DNA of 64,000 nucleotides from Ignavibacteriales bacterium (lineage in GTDB: Bacteria > Bacteroidota > Ignavibacteria > UBA10030 > UBA6906): the NCBI GenBank assembly GCA_037441705.1, contig JBBIRR010000004.1:1-64000 (forward strand). The letters are read 5' to 3'. Under the pieces are notes generated by a model that saw nothing but the letters and a program-made list of their open reading frames with translations, was not told where the DNA came from and searched no databases. This document shows, piece after piece, positions 47,656 through 57,370 of the stretch (position 1 is its first letter; every line of letters begins with the position of its first letter). Both the position numbers and the translations under genes were made by a program.

Positions 47656-50600
47656 ATGAACAAACCCCTTCTGGTTTGCCTGGCGGTATTGTTTGCCCTG
47701 ACCCAAACGAAGGCAGACGGTTTCTACAGTGTCCATTCGGCTGATGGTAATGCAGTGTGGGCGGTAGGCAACGGCGGCACGGTGTTTCGTTCGCTCGATG
47801 GTGGCGTCACCTGGATGTCCATGGTGCAAGGCAGTTCCGCCTTCCGCAGCGTCTATGCTTTTGGCAACACGGTCTGGATGGTTGGAGATGAAGGAAAGGT
47901 CTACGCGTCGACCGACGGCGGAGCGACCTTCGATCAGAAGAATCTCGTGGGCACTACGAATCTGATGCGCGTGCTTTTTGTTGATAGCCTTACGGGATGG
48001 ATCGCAGGCGCAAGCGGCACCCTGCTGAAGACGACCGATGGCGGGACGCTGTGGTCTCCGGTCTCGCTTGGGACGTCGGAAACGATCACGTCGCTGGTCT
48101 TTGTCGACGCGCTCACCGGTTACCTGGGCGGCACGAACGGCCTGATGATGAAAACGGTGAACGGAGGAACGAGCTGGACGAGTGTCGGCGGTTCGGGTTG
48201 GACGAAGACGATTACCGCAATTGCAGCAAGCGGAACAACGGTGTACGTGACGGGCAAGGACGCCTTCTGCATGAAGAGTAACGACGCAGGCTCGACGTGG
48301 CTGCCGCTGAACTTCATGACCGATGCACAGTCCGATGTGAATGATGTTTTTGTGAGAAATGCGACGGAGGCGTTCTTCGTCGGCGGAGGCGGCTACATCC
48401 GGCAAACCACGAGCGGCGGCGCGTCGTTCGACTGGCGGCGCCACGGCTTGCATTCTCCTCTGAACGATATTTTCTTCTTCAACAATCAGAAGGGATGGGC
48501 ATGCGGCGAAAAGACCAACGTCGTTCTCCGCACAACCGACGGCGGTACAACGTGGCTCATGCCTCAAGGCACAACCACATCGGCGGTCTGGGTGCAGAAA
48601 CTTTCCGTCTCCGCAACGGTGCGGGGCAATGCCTTCAGCATCAGCGCGTTCAACAAAAACACCATCTACTGCGCGCTGGGAACCAGAGTGTACGTAAGCT
48701 ACAATCGCGGCGAAACATGGACACAGATTGCCACGATGCCTTCAGGCGGAACGAAGGTCAATTCGTTTTATGTCTCTCCGAAAGACACCAACCTCTGGGT
48801 TGCAGCGTACGGCGCGCCCGATAGAATTGTTCGATCCACCGACCGCGGTGTCTCGTGGACGGTGACGATGACGCGGGATTTTTCCGAGTACGGCATGCCG
48901 CTGGAAATGGATGGCTCGCATCCTGATACGCTCTACTTCGGTCCTGAGGACGGACGCTTCTATCGTTCGACAGATTTTGGGTCCACGTGGACAGAGGTGA
49001 GTGTGCCGGGCTTCCGCAGTCCGTGCGACATTGTTGTTGTGCGCGATAAGCCTGAAGTCATCTGGGTGGGCGACGGCGTGACGGGAAGCGGTCAAGGACA
49101 GATGTTTCGATCGGGCGATGGCGGCCGCACCTTCCAGCTCATCTACTCCACAACCGGTTCGGAGATTCCGACGGTCGCCGGCAGCTCGCTCGACAATACG
49201 CTCGGCTACGCGACCGCATGGGGTTCCGGCGGAGTGACCAAAACGGTGGACTTCGGTCTCTCGTGGTCTTCGGTGGCCTCGACCTCGTCAACGTGGGGGG
49301 TGGATATTGCCAAGGATGATCCGAATGTGGTGATGTACGGTGTGTACGGCGGCGCGACGTCGTACCTTTCCTCGAACGCTGGCGCGACGTTTTCGACCTC
49401 CTCTCTCTCAGGCTCGAACTACGCCATTCTCGCATACGACCGCGGGACGTTTCTCGCGCAGCAAAGCGGTGGAATCTATAAATACACCTTCACCTACACG
49501 GTTCCGACGTCATCGCAGCAAGCGCTGAATCTTACCTCTCCCAATGGAGGAGAGAACTGGTCGTACGGCACAACGCGCAACATCACCTGGACTGCCACGA
49601 ACGTCGCGAACGTGAAGATCGAATACAAGACTTCGCCAACGGCAGCGTGGCAAACGATCATTGCCAGCACGCCTGGGTCGACCGGTTCATATGCCTGGTC
49701 TATCCCGAACAGCCCCACGACGAGATCGGAAGAGCAGATCTCGGATGCCAGTGACGCCAATCCGATCGACAGCAGCGATAATCCGTTCACGATTTCTGTT
49801 GCGGCTTTTTCGGCGCAGCCCAATCCGGTGAACTTCGGCAATGTTCCTGTGGGTACCCGCGCCAGCCGTACCGTGACCATCTCCAATGCGGGAACGGCTG
49901 CACTGGTTGTCACAAGTGTTGTTGCAAGCGATCCGACATTTGCCGTGAGCAGGAGTTCCTTTACGATTCCGGCAGGCCAGTCGGACACCATCCAACTGCA
50001 TTTTTCTCCCACCATTGTTGGCAGCATCAGCGGTGAAATGCAGTTCCATTGCAACGTGCCCGGAAGCCCGATGATCATCAGCGTTTCCGGCAGCGGCACC
50101 ACGGCGGCAAGTATTTCCGTGATCACGCCGAACGGCGGCGAAATGTGGCGTGCCGGAACAACAGAAACTATTTCATGGAGCGCGACGGCTCTGACCACCG
50201 TAGCCATCTCATACAAGACTTCGCCGACGGCATCGTGGCAGAACATCGCTCAGGGCGTGCCTGCCTCGTCAGGTTCATACGCATGGCTTGTCCCGAACTC
50301 TCCCACGACGCAGGCGCGTGTCATGATCACGGACGAACCGAGCGGCACGGTGGTGGATTCGAGCGACGCGTTCTTCGCGATTCTCGGTCCCACCTCCGTG
50401 ACGGAGGGAGGAATTCCGACCAGCTTCGAGTTGAGTCAGAACTATCCCAATCCCTTCAATCCCTCGACCGTCATTGCGTATGGTTTGCCGAAAGACGTCA
50501 TGGTCAGTCTGAAGGTGTATAACATGATCGGTCAGGAGATTGCAACGCTTGTGAACGAGCGTCAGCCGGCGGGCCGATACGCCGTTTCGTTCAACACGCA

Positions 50601-50694
50601 GACGCTGGGGTTCAATCTGTCGAGCGGCATGTACTTCTATCGTCTGCATGCAGGCGAGGTCGTGGAAATTCGCAAGATGATGTTGGTGAAATAA
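47656..50694 (+). CDS. YCF48/BNR-repeat T9SS-secreted protein with two PNGGE Ig-like domains and an ASH domain
   Basis: Many [ST]xDGG.TW Asp-boxes, SPNGGENW and TPNGGEMW domains, QNYPNPFNP CTD, GAGGAG RBS. Confidence 0.88.
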   Translation: MNKPLLVCLAVLFALTQTKADGFYSVHSADGNAVWAVGNGGTVFRSLDGGVTWMSMVQGSSAFRSVYAFGNTVWMVGDEGKVYASTDGGATFDQKNLVGTTNLMRVLFVDSLTGWIAGASGTLLKTTDGGTLWSPVSLGTSETITSLVFVDALTGYLGGTNGLMMKTVNGGTSWTSVGGSGWTKTITAIAASGTTVYVTGKDAFCMKSNDAGSTWLPLNFMTDAQSDVNDVFVRNATEAFFVGGGGYIRQTTSGGASFDWRRHGLHSPLNDIFFFNNQKGWACGEKTNVVLRTTDGGTTWLMPQGTTTSAVWVQKLSVSATVRGNAFSISAFNKNTIYCALGTRVYVSYNRGETWTQIATMPSGGTKVNSFYVSPKDTNLWVAAYGAPDRIVRSTDRGVSWTVTMTRDFSEYGMPLEMDGSHPDTLYFGPEDGRFYRSTDFGSTWTEVSVPGFRSPCDIVVVRDKPEVIWVGDGVTGSGQGQMFRSGDGGRTFQLIYSTTGSEIPTVAGSSLDNTLGYATAWGSGGVTKTVDFGLSWSSVASTSSTWGVDIAKDDPNVVMYGVYGGATSYLSSNAGATFSTSSLSGSNYAILAYDRGTFLAQQSGGIYKYTFTYTVPTSSQQALNLTSPNGGENWSYGTTRNITWTATNVANVKIEYKTSPTAAWQTIIASTPGSTGSYAWSIPNSPTTRSEEQISDASDANPIDSSDNPFTISVAAFSAQPNPVNFGNVPVGTRASRTVTISNAGTAALVVTSVVASDPTFAVSRSSFTIPAGQSDTIQLHFSPTIVGSISGEMQFHCNVPGSPMIISVSGSGTTAASISVITPNGGEMWRAGTTETISWSATALTTVAISYKTSPTASWQNIAQGVPASSGSYAWLVPNSPTTQARVMITDEPSGTVVDSSDAFFAILGPTSVTEGGIPTSFELSQNYPNPFNPSTVIAYGLPKDVMVSLKVYNMIGQEIATLVNERQPAGRYAVSFNTQTLGFNLSSGMYFYRLHAGEVVEIRKMMLVK
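49723..49736 (+). other. Illumina TruSeq adapter remnant (probable assembly artefact)
   Basis: Exact AGATCGGAAGAGCA. The protein reads TT-RSEEQ-IS here, where the paralogous internal domain reads TT-QARVM-IT. Confidence 0.85.
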
Positions 50695-50707
50695 TCAGTT
50701 GTACTCC

Positions 50708-50748
50708 AAAGGGGTCCCGACAGGAATGCCGGGACTCCTTTTTTCTTT
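50708..50748 (+). terminator. Intrinsic terminator
   Basis: AAAGGGGTCCCG-loop-CGGGACTCCTTT followed by TTTCTTT. Confidence 0.75.
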
Positions 50749-50774
50749 GCTTTCTATTTTCAGGAGGTATATCA

Positions 50775-51599
50775 GTGACGCGCAAAAAGGTTGGCGTGAT
50801 TTCCCTTCTCATGCTCGCGGTGTTTTGTGGATTCGAAATCTATCATCAAACCGGCATGGTGCACGCAACGCGCAAGAACGGGTACGGCTGTCTCTGTCAC
50901 GGCTTTGACCCTTCGGACAGCGTTCGCGTGTGGATCACCGGTCCGGATTCGCTCCGCCCGGGTGAACAAGCAACGTACTTCATCAACATTGCGCGGCAGC
51001 CAAACATTGCCGCAGGGTTCAATGTTGCGGCGTATCGGGGATCGCTCGGCATCGCCGATTCTCAGTGGACGCAATTGCTGACCGAATCGCCGGGGGTTGA
51101 CAGTCTCGAATTGACGCACACATGGCCCCGGCCGGGTAACGGCAGGGATACAATCTCGTGGGCCTTTTTCTACAAAGCCCCGACGACAATCGGCATGATC
51201 GATACGCTGTATGCCGTCGGCAACTCCGTGAATCTCGACACGCTGCCGGATCCTCCCGGCGATGCGTGGAACTTTAGTCCGAATTTTGCCGTACGCGTTG
51301 TACCGTCAACGTCGGTAAACGTGACGGAGACGCCCGGCACATTCCAGTTGTTCCAGAATTATCCGAATCCGTTCAATCCAACCACGACGATTCGGTATGC
51401 GCTTGCGTCGAGATCGCGTGTTACGTTGAAGGTGTACAGCGTCCTTGGGAAAGAAGTCGCGACGCTGGTCAACGACGTGAAGCCGGCCGGCACGCACACC
51501 GTTCAGTTTCATGCAGCGAGCTTTTCGAGCGGCATCTACTTCTATGAATTGAACGTCGGCGATGCCGTCCTGACGAAAAAGATGCTGCTGCTTCGGTGA
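50775..51599 (+). CDS. Reeler/choice-of-anchor-V-like T9SS-secreted protein
   Basis: GTG start with AGGAGG RBS. GCLCHG, AGFNVAA, ELTHT.P, W.F.YKAP, LYAVGNSVN, then QNYPNPFNP CTD. Confidence 0.75.
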   Translation: MTRKKVGVISLLMLAVFCGFEIYHQTGMVHATRKNGYGCLCHGFDPSDSVRVWITGPDSLRPGEQATYFINIARQPNIAAGFNVAAYRGSLGIADSQWTQLLTESPGVDSLELTHTWPRPGNGRDTISWAFFYKAPTTIGMIDTLYAVGNSVNLDTLPDPPGDAWNFSPNFAVRVVPSTSVNVTETPGTFQLFQNYPNPFNPTTTIRYALASRSRVTLKVYSVLGKEVATLVNDVKPAGTHTVQFHAASFSSGIYFYELNVGDAVLTKKMLLLR

Positions 51600-51630
51600 G
51601 TGCTTGCGAAGCCGCGGCGGATGCGTTTCG

Positions 51631-51659
51631 TTGACTTTCAGATGGCTTTTGGTTACACT
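51631..51659 (+). promoter_or_regulatory. sigma70-type promoter of the ctpA operon
   Basis: TTGACT-17 nt-TACACT. Confidence 0.6.
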
Positions 51660-51730
51660 CAGATTGAAACGTGTGAGTTGCCGTTGTGGCAGAGTATCGT
51701 TTGGATGAGAAAAAATTCATGGGGAGTGTT

Positions 51731-53344
51731 ATGAGGAAGCGTTTCTCGCTGTTGACCGTGAGTATGCTCGTGGTGGTGAGCCTGCTTGCGGGCTCAGTCC
51801 TGAACCGGCTGATCTCGGGTGATACCATCTACGACCAGATCAACAAGTTCAAGGACGTGTTGAGCATGGCGCAGAAGGTGTACGTCGAGGATGTTGATAC
51901 GGGCAAGCTGACGGAGGCGGCGATTCGGGGCATGTTGGGTGAGCTGGATCCCCATTCGGTGTACATTCCTGCATCCGAGATGCAAAGGATCAAGGAAGAT
52001 TTTCAGGGAAGTTTCGAAGGCATCGGCATTGAGTTTGCCGTCTTGAACGACACGCTGGTTGTTGTCACGCCCATTGTCGGCGGACCGAGCGAAGCCCTGG
52101 GCATTGAAGCAGGCGACAAGATTGTGAAAATCAACGATACGTCCGCCATCGGCATCACGCAGGACATGGTTCCCAAGAAGCTGCGCGGGCCGAAAGGTAC
52201 CCGCGTGAAGGTCTCGATCTTCCGCGCGGGCATGAAGAACTTGCTTGAGTTCGATATCGTGCGCGACAAGATTCCGCTCTACACGGTTGATGCCGCGTTC
52301 ATGGTGAACGATGAGGTAGGCTACGTCAGCGTGACGCGGTTTTCGGCAACAACGCACACGGAATTTGTGGATGCTGTTTCCCGACTGAAGAAAGAGGGCA
52401 TGAAGCGCCTCGTCCTCGATCTGCGCTTCAACGGCGGCGGCTATCTCGAACAGGCGTTCAAGATGGCGGACGAGTTGTTCCCGCGAGGAAAGAAGATCGT
52501 GTACACCAAGGGCCGCCGGCCGGAGTTTAACGAAGAGTACGTCTCTTCCGGCTCCGCCCGCTTTGCCGACGTTGCGCTGGTCATTCTCGTCAACAATGCC
52601 TCTGCCTCGGCGAGCGAAATTGTTTCCGGTGCAGTGCAGGATTGGGACCGCGGGTTGGTCGTCGGCGAAACCACTTTCGGAAAGGGATTGGTCCAGCGGC
52701 AGTATGATCTGCCCGACGGCTCCGGGTTCCGCATTACAACCGCGCGGTACTACACGCCCAGCGGCCGTCTGATTCAGCGCCCGTTTGACGGCGATCGGAA
52801 TCGCTATCAGCGCGAAGCCTTTGAGCGGAACGAGGAAGAGGGGGAGAACCTCACCCATACCGCAGAACAGGATTCATCCAAACCCAAGTTCAAGACTGCC
52901 GGTGGGCGAGTGGTGTACGGCGGCGGCGGCATCACCCCGGATTACATCGTCAAGGCCGAGCGCCTCGGCGAGTACGCTGCCCAGCTGCGCATGAAGCAGG
53001 TCTATCTCGACTTCGCCAACAAGTATCTCGAAGCGAACGGCACAATGGTGCGGAGGCTGTATCGCGATGCTCGCGAGTTTACGGAGAAGTTTCAGGTTGA
53101 TGCCTCGATGCTGGAAACCGTGAACGCGATTGCGAAGGCAAAAGGTGTGCAGTTCAACCAGCAAACGTACGACAAGGATGTGCGCTTTGTGAAGTTGCTG
53201 GCAAAGGCGGCGATTGCAAAATCCTTGTGGGGCAACGCGGGACAGGCGCGCGTGATGTTGCAAGACGACATTCAGTTCAAGAAGGCCATAAGCTTGTTTC
53301 CCGAAGCCGAAAAAATCTCGAAGAGTCTGACAAGCTTAAAGTGA
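51731..53344 (+). CDS. ctpA: Carboxyl-terminal processing protease (S41A, PDZ domain)
   Basis: LDPHSVY, FEGIGI, LDLRFNGGG, SASASEI, TFGKGLVQ, YYTPSGRLIQ, GGGGITPD. Start moved to ATG at 51731 (GGGGAG RBS). Confidence 0.93.
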   Translation: MRKRFSLLTVSMLVVVSLLAGSVLNRLISGDTIYDQINKFKDVLSMAQKVYVEDVDTGKLTEAAIRGMLGELDPHSVYIPASEMQRIKEDFQGSFEGIGIEFAVLNDTLVVVTPIVGGPSEALGIEAGDKIVKINDTSAIGITQDMVPKKLRGPKGTRVKVSIFRAGMKNLLEFDIVRDKIPLYTVDAAFMVNDEVGYVSVTRFSATTHTEFVDAVSRLKKEGMKRLVLDLRFNGGGYLEQAFKMADELFPRGKKIVYTKGRRPEFNEEYVSSGSARFADVALVILVNNASASASEIVSGAVQDWDRGLVVGETTFGKGLVQRQYDLPDGSGFRITTARYYTPSGRLIQRPFDGDRNRYQREAFERNEEEGENLTHTAEQDSSKPKFKTAGGRVVYGGGGITPDYIVKAERLGEYAAQLRMKQVYLDFANKYLEANGTMVRRLYRDAREFTEKFQVDASMLETVNAIAKAKGVQFNQQTYDKDVRFVKLLAKAAIAKSLWGNAGQARVMLQDDIQFKKAISLFPEAEKISKSLTSLK

Positions 53345-54192
53345 AGATCCCGTTGCACCTTCTCCCTTCACAGCCGGCCAGAACCTTTCGCGGCAGCGTA
53401 TGGATGTGCGCTGCCGTTTTTGTGTTGATGCCGTTGCTTCTTTTTCGCGCCTCGAGCCAACCATCCAACGCCTCGTCGCAAGTTTTTCTCGAAGGCGAAG
53501 ACCTTATCTACAACGTCCGCTACGGGCCTTTCGATCTCGGACAGGTGCGGATCAAGACGGTGGCGAAAGTAGCGAAGAACAGTTCCATCGCCTACCGCGC
53601 CATTGCCTACATCGATTCCTACAAGAGCATCCCGTTTGTCAACCTTCACGCTGTGTTCGAGAGCATAATTGATGCCGGTGTCTTTTCACATTATTTTCTT
53701 GGAAAGAGTCGGGATGGCGAATACTGGTCGTTTGGCCGTTACTTCTACGATTACAACGCGCAGCGCGCGTATCTCGAATTCGGAGGAAGGGATACGGTCG
53801 TCGAGCAGCGCGATACGCTGGCGATCGACGGAAAAACGCAGGACGGGCTGTCGCTGTTCTTCTATGCGCGCGAACATCTCTTCGCGGGGACGCGCCACCG
53901 CATCCCGGCGATTGTCAAAGAGAAGAAGGTGTACACCTTTATCGACTTCTACAAAAAGAGAAAGAGCGTGGAGGTGGATTTCATAGACTACCCTGTCGAT
54001 GTTGTCGGATTTGAAGGGACGATGGAGTTTACCGGCATCTTTGGACTGACCGGAGATTTCGAGGGCTGGTTCAGCAACGATAGCGCGCGGGTTCCCATCG
54101 TTGCGAAGATGAAGGTTATCCTCGGCAGCGTCACGATCGAGCTGATGAAGTGGACCAGAGCGGGCTGGACACCGCCCCGAGGGCAGGAGTAG
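53341..54192 (+). CDS. DUF3108 domain protein
   Basis: GEDLIYNVRYG…G, QDGLSLFFYAR, WFSNDSARVPIVAK…GSV. A GTG overlapping the ctpA stop was chosen as start (uncertain). Confidence 0.75.
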   Translation: MKIPLHLLPSQPARTFRGSVWMCAAVFVLMPLLLFRASSQPSNASSQVFLEGEDLIYNVRYGPFDLGQVRIKTVAKVAKNSSIAYRAIAYIDSYKSIPFVNLHAVFESIIDAGVFSHYFLGKSRDGEYWSFGRYFYDYNAQRAYLEFGGRDTVVEQRDTLAIDGKTQDGLSLFFYAREHLFAGTRHRIPAIVKEKKVYTFIDFYKKRKSVEVDFIDYPVDVVGFEGTMEFTGIFGLTGDFEGWFSNDSARVPIVAKMKVILGSVTIELMKWTRAGWTPPRGQE

Positions 54193-54195
54193 ATC

Positions 54196-54702
54196 ATGAC
54201 CGTCATTCCCTATAACGGCGTTTCGCCCTCCATTCATCCGACGGCATTTGTTGCCGAAGGTGTACAGCTCATCGGCAGTGTCCGCCTTGCCCAGGAGGCA
54301 AGTGTCTGGTTCAACGCCGTCGTGCGGGGCGACATCAACAGTATCGAAATCGGCGAGCGGACGAATATTCAGGACTGCTCGGTTCTCCACGTGACGCACG
54401 AGTTTCCTGTACGGATTGGGAAGGATGTGACGATCGGGCATCGGGTGATTGCCCACGGATGCACCATCGGCGATTGCTGTCTCATCGGCATGGGCGCGGT
54501 GGTTCTCGATAATGCGCGGATCGAACCATTCTCGCTCGTTGCTGCGGGTGCTGTGGTGCTGCAGAACTTTGTTGTCCCGGAGGGCATGCTCGCGGCAGGC
54601 GTTCCGGCGAAAATCATTCGTCCGCTGACGGCAGAGGAGAAGCAGCAGATCAAAGAATCGGCGCAGCATTACGTGGAGTACGCGAGAGGATATCGTTCGT
54701 GA
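54196..54702 (+). CDS. Gamma-class carbonic anhydrase family protein (YrdA/PaaY-like)
   Basis: Hexapeptide repeats, VRGD…IGERTNIQD, and His ligands LHVTH and IGH..IAHG. Confidence 0.93.
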   Translation: MTVIPYNGVSPSIHPTAFVAEGVQLIGSVRLAQEASVWFNAVVRGDINSIEIGERTNIQDCSVLHVTHEFPVRIGKDVTIGHRVIAHGCTIGDCCLIGMGAVVLDNARIEPFSLVAAGAVVLQNFVVPEGMLAAGVPAKIIRPLTAEEKQQIKESAQHYVEYARGYRS

Positions 54703-55595
54703 AATTGAAGTTTTGGGGAACACGAGGTTCCATTCCGACTCCCGGCAAGAACACCGTCCGCTACGGCGGCAATACGCCGTGCGTTGAAGTGCGATTGCGC
54801 GACAACAGACTGGTTATCTTCGATGCCGGGACGGGAATCCGTGAGCTGGGGGAAGCGCTTATGGCAAAAGGGGAGTCGGTCAACGCGTACGTCCTGATCG
54901 GCCACCCGCACTGGGATCACATCCAGGGATTTCCCTTCTTCAAGCCGGCATTCATTTCGGGCAACGAGCTGACGGTGATCGGCGCGCAATCGAAGAACGT
55001 CACGCTGCGCCAGATGATCGCCGATCAGATGAATAAAATCTACTTTCCCATTCAGCTCAACGAGCTGAAAGCGAGGATCAACTTCCACCCCGTGCGCGAA
55101 GGCAGGATGCAAATCTACGACGCGGAACTCTCTTCGATCTACGTCAACCATCCCGCATTTGCTCTTGGCTACCGGCTGGATGTTGCCGGACGTTCGTTGG
55201 TGTATATCAGCGACAACGAGCCGTTCGACCGCGAGGTTGCCCGCTCGCTCAAGAACGTCGAGAAGGTTATTACGGACAAGTACGCCGAGGGCAAGGGCGA
55301 TCCCAACCAGCGTGTGTTCGACTTCGCGCGCGGTGCGGATATTCTGATTCACGATGCAACCTACACGCCCGAGGAGTATGTGAACCGCGTGGGCTGGGGG
55401 CACTCTCACTATCTCTTCACGTTGAAGGTGGCCGCCGAAGCGCAGGTGAAGAAGCTCATCCTTTTTCATCACGATCCATCACACAGCGACGATAAGATTG
55501 ATGAGATTGTGGAGACGTGCAAGAAGGAAGTGAAAACGCGCGGCTATCGGTTCGACTGTCTTGCCGCGGAAGAAGGGATGGAGTTGCAATGGTGA
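54699..55595 (+). CDS. MBL-fold metallo-hydrolase (RNase Z/phosphodiesterase-like)
   Basis: FWGTRGSIP, YGGNTPC, DAGTG, HPHWDHIQG, HDATY, GWGHS, FHHDP. Confidence 0.92.
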   Translation: MKLKFWGTRGSIPTPGKNTVRYGGNTPCVEVRLRDNRLVIFDAGTGIRELGEALMAKGESVNAYVLIGHPHWDHIQGFPFFKPAFISGNELTVIGAQSKNVTLRQMIADQMNKIYFPIQLNELKARINFHPVREGRMQIYDAELSSIYVNHPAFALGYRLDVAGRSLVYISDNEPFDREVARSLKNVEKVITDKYAEGKGDPNQRVFDFARGADILIHDATYTPEEYVNRVGWGHSHYLFTLKVAAEAQVKKLILFHHDPSHSDDKIDEIVETCKKEVKTRGYRFDCLAAEEGMELQW

Positions 55596-55610
55596 GTGCC
55601 GGCACGAGGC

Positions 55611-55639
55611 TTGACTATCACTCGGATGCTCTATATATT
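55611..55639 (+). promoter_or_regulatory. sigma70-type promoter of the cold-shock gene
   Basis: TTGACT-17 nt-TATATT. Confidence 0.65.
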
Positions 55640-55685
55640 GGCGCAAGTTCGTTGTTCACCATCATCTCACAAACGCGGAGCCGGA

Positions 55686-55886
55686 ATGGAACGAGGTCGG
55701 GTCAAATGGTTTGATGCGAAAAAGGGGTTTGGTTTTATCGAACGTCAGTCCGGCGGCGATATCTTCTTCCACATCTCCGGCCTGCGCGACAAAGCGCTCA
55801 CGACGGTGCCGAATGGTGCCGCCGTGGAGTTCGATGTTGTGGAGGGGAAGAAGGGTCCACAGGCAACGAATGTGACTGTCGTATGA
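55686..55886 (+). CDS. csp: Cold-shock domain protein
   Basis: GRVKWFDAKKGFGFI…DIFFHISG…GKKGPQATNV. ATG at 55686 with GGAG RBS. Confidence 0.95.
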   Translation: MERGRVKWFDAKKGFGFIERQSGGDIFFHISGLRDKALTTVPNGAAVEFDVVEGKKGPQATNVTVV

Positions 55887-55909
55887 AGCATCATCACGGC
55901 AGAGAGTGA

Positions 55910-55957
55910 GAAACCCCGGATGACCGCGTGTGCAAAGAATCATCTCGGGGTTTTGTT
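55910..55957 (+). terminator. Terminator-like hairpin after csp
   Basis: AAACCCCG-GATGA…TCATC-TCGGGGTTTT-GTT. Confidence 0.55.
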
Positions 55958-55977
55958 ATCTTATCCATGAGCGAACC

Positions 55978-56487
55978 ATGTCCTTCACCTTCACGCCGTC
56001 CGACTTCAAGAAGATTGGGAAATTGCTGAATGCTGTCCCGCGTTCGATGGGTTCACACTATCGCTACGACGTGGCGGGGAAAGATCCCCACAGGAAACTT
56101 GCGCTGGAAATCTATCCGCAGATCAGAATCGGCAAGGACAAGGGGAATCTGGTGTCGGTGTACACGGAATCCTCGCACCTGCAGTTGCATTTCTGCTCCG
56201 GCTATGTCCTGAGCGAGATGCTGGGAGAAGTGACGTTCGTCGGCGAGTACAACGGCAAGTTGAGCGGCCTGATTGTTGAACGCGAAGGAGGCTGTTCACT
56301 CTATGCCAACGTGGATCGAACATTGTTGTCGGGGGATTTTACCCAGCTCGGTCCGGAGGTAATGCTCTCGGGCATTGCGCTTTCGCTCACGGACACGATT
56401 CTCGAATCACCGGGTGCACCACGGAAGGTGCAGGAGAGCGAGCGCAAGAGCGGAAAGATGCGCAAACGCGCGGCAAGGTCGCGTTGA
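55978..56487 (+). CDS. Hypothetical protein with a basic C-terminal tail
   Basis: Globular-looking ORF whose stop overlaps the ybeY start. No family recognised. Confidence 0.65.
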   Translation: MSFTFTPSDFKKIGKLLNAVPRSMGSHYRYDVAGKDPHRKLALEIYPQIRIGKDKGNLVSVYTESSHLQLHFCSGYVLSEMLGEVTFVGEYNGKLSGLIVEREGGCSLYANVDRTLLSGDFTQLGPEVMLSGIALSLTDTILESPGAPRKVQESERKSGKMRKRAARSR

Positions 56488-56918
56488 TGACGGAGGTAGC
56501 CGTTATCAACGCGCATCATCGGTACCGCATACGCCGACGCACCGTTGAAGCGTACGTGCGCAAGGTGATGGGAACGAGGAGAGGAAGGATTTCTGTTGTA
56601 TTCATTGACTCTCGACGGTGCAGGACACTCAACAGACAATTCTTGCACCACGATGACGTAACGGATGTAATCACCTTTCCGCTGGAAACCGGGAAGGTGC
56701 TGGAAGGGGAGATTTATGTGAATCTCGACCGGGCACGCCAGCAGGCACGAACCTATCGCGTGAGCGTTGCAGAGGAGACCGCCCGGCTTGTCGTGCACGG
56801 CGTTCTTCACCTTCTGGGATATGACGACCGGAGTGCGCACGCGGCAAAGCGTATGACCCGCGTGCAGGAACGGCACGTCCGGTTCTGGTTTCCTCACACA
56901 CAAAGGAACGACACATGA
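56487..56918 (+). CDS. ybeY: rRNA maturation RNase YbeY
   Basis: LNRQFL…TDVITF, GEIYV, LVVHGVLHLLGYDD. Confidence 0.9.
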   Translation: MTEVAVINAHHRYRIRRRTVEAYVRKVMGTRRGRISVVFIDSRRCRTLNRQFLHHDDVTDVITFPLETGKVLEGEIYVNLDRARQQARTYRVSVAEETARLVVHGVLHLLGYDDRSAHAAKRMTRVQERHVRFWFPHTQRNDT

Positions 56919-57370
56919 AAGAACGGGTTGTAGAAATTCTCATGTACTTGATGTCCGAAATCGAGGCGAACAAGCGCTTGAGCGAGGTGAATCTTGATGA
57001 CCTCACCAGCCGAGGCTACACGCAGTCGGAAATCAGCGCGGCATTCAGCTGGCTGTACGACAACATGCCGATGCACGAGGGCAAAGTGGAGCTGCACGCG
57101 CGGCCATCGGGCTCCTCGCGCCGCCAGCTTCATCAAGCGGAAAAGATGCTCCTGACCACCGATGCGCAAGGCTACCTGATGCAGCTCTTCGAACTGGGGT
57201 TGCTGGATGCCGCCGACTTCGAACAGGTGATTGAACGGGCGATGCTCTCGGGATTCGAGAAACTCTCGCTGCAGGAAATTCAGGAACTTGCCGCCGCCGT
57301 CATCTTTGCAAAACCGCGGAGAGGCGAGGGAGGGCACTCATTGCTTAACAACAACGAGACGATTCATTGA
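56915..57370 (+). CDS. smg: DUF494/Smg family protein
   Basis: VVEILMYL…L..RGY..SEISAAFSWL, S.R.LH..EK..L…AQGYL, C-terminal H. Lies directly upstream of topA. Confidence 0.8.
   Translation: MKERVVEILMYLMSEIEANKRLSEVNLDDLTSRGYTQSEISAAFSWLYDNMPMHEGKVELHARPSGSSRRQLHQAEKMLLTTDAQGYLMQLFELGLLDAADFEQVIERAMLSGFEKLSLQEIQELAAAVIFAKPRRGEGGHSLLNNNETIH

Noticed and set aside
56790-56830. YbeY inactivated because the third His of HxxxHxxxxxH is Asp
   Set aside because: In my recollection Bacteroidota YbeY proteins commonly lack this His, so it is not evidence of pseudogenisation.
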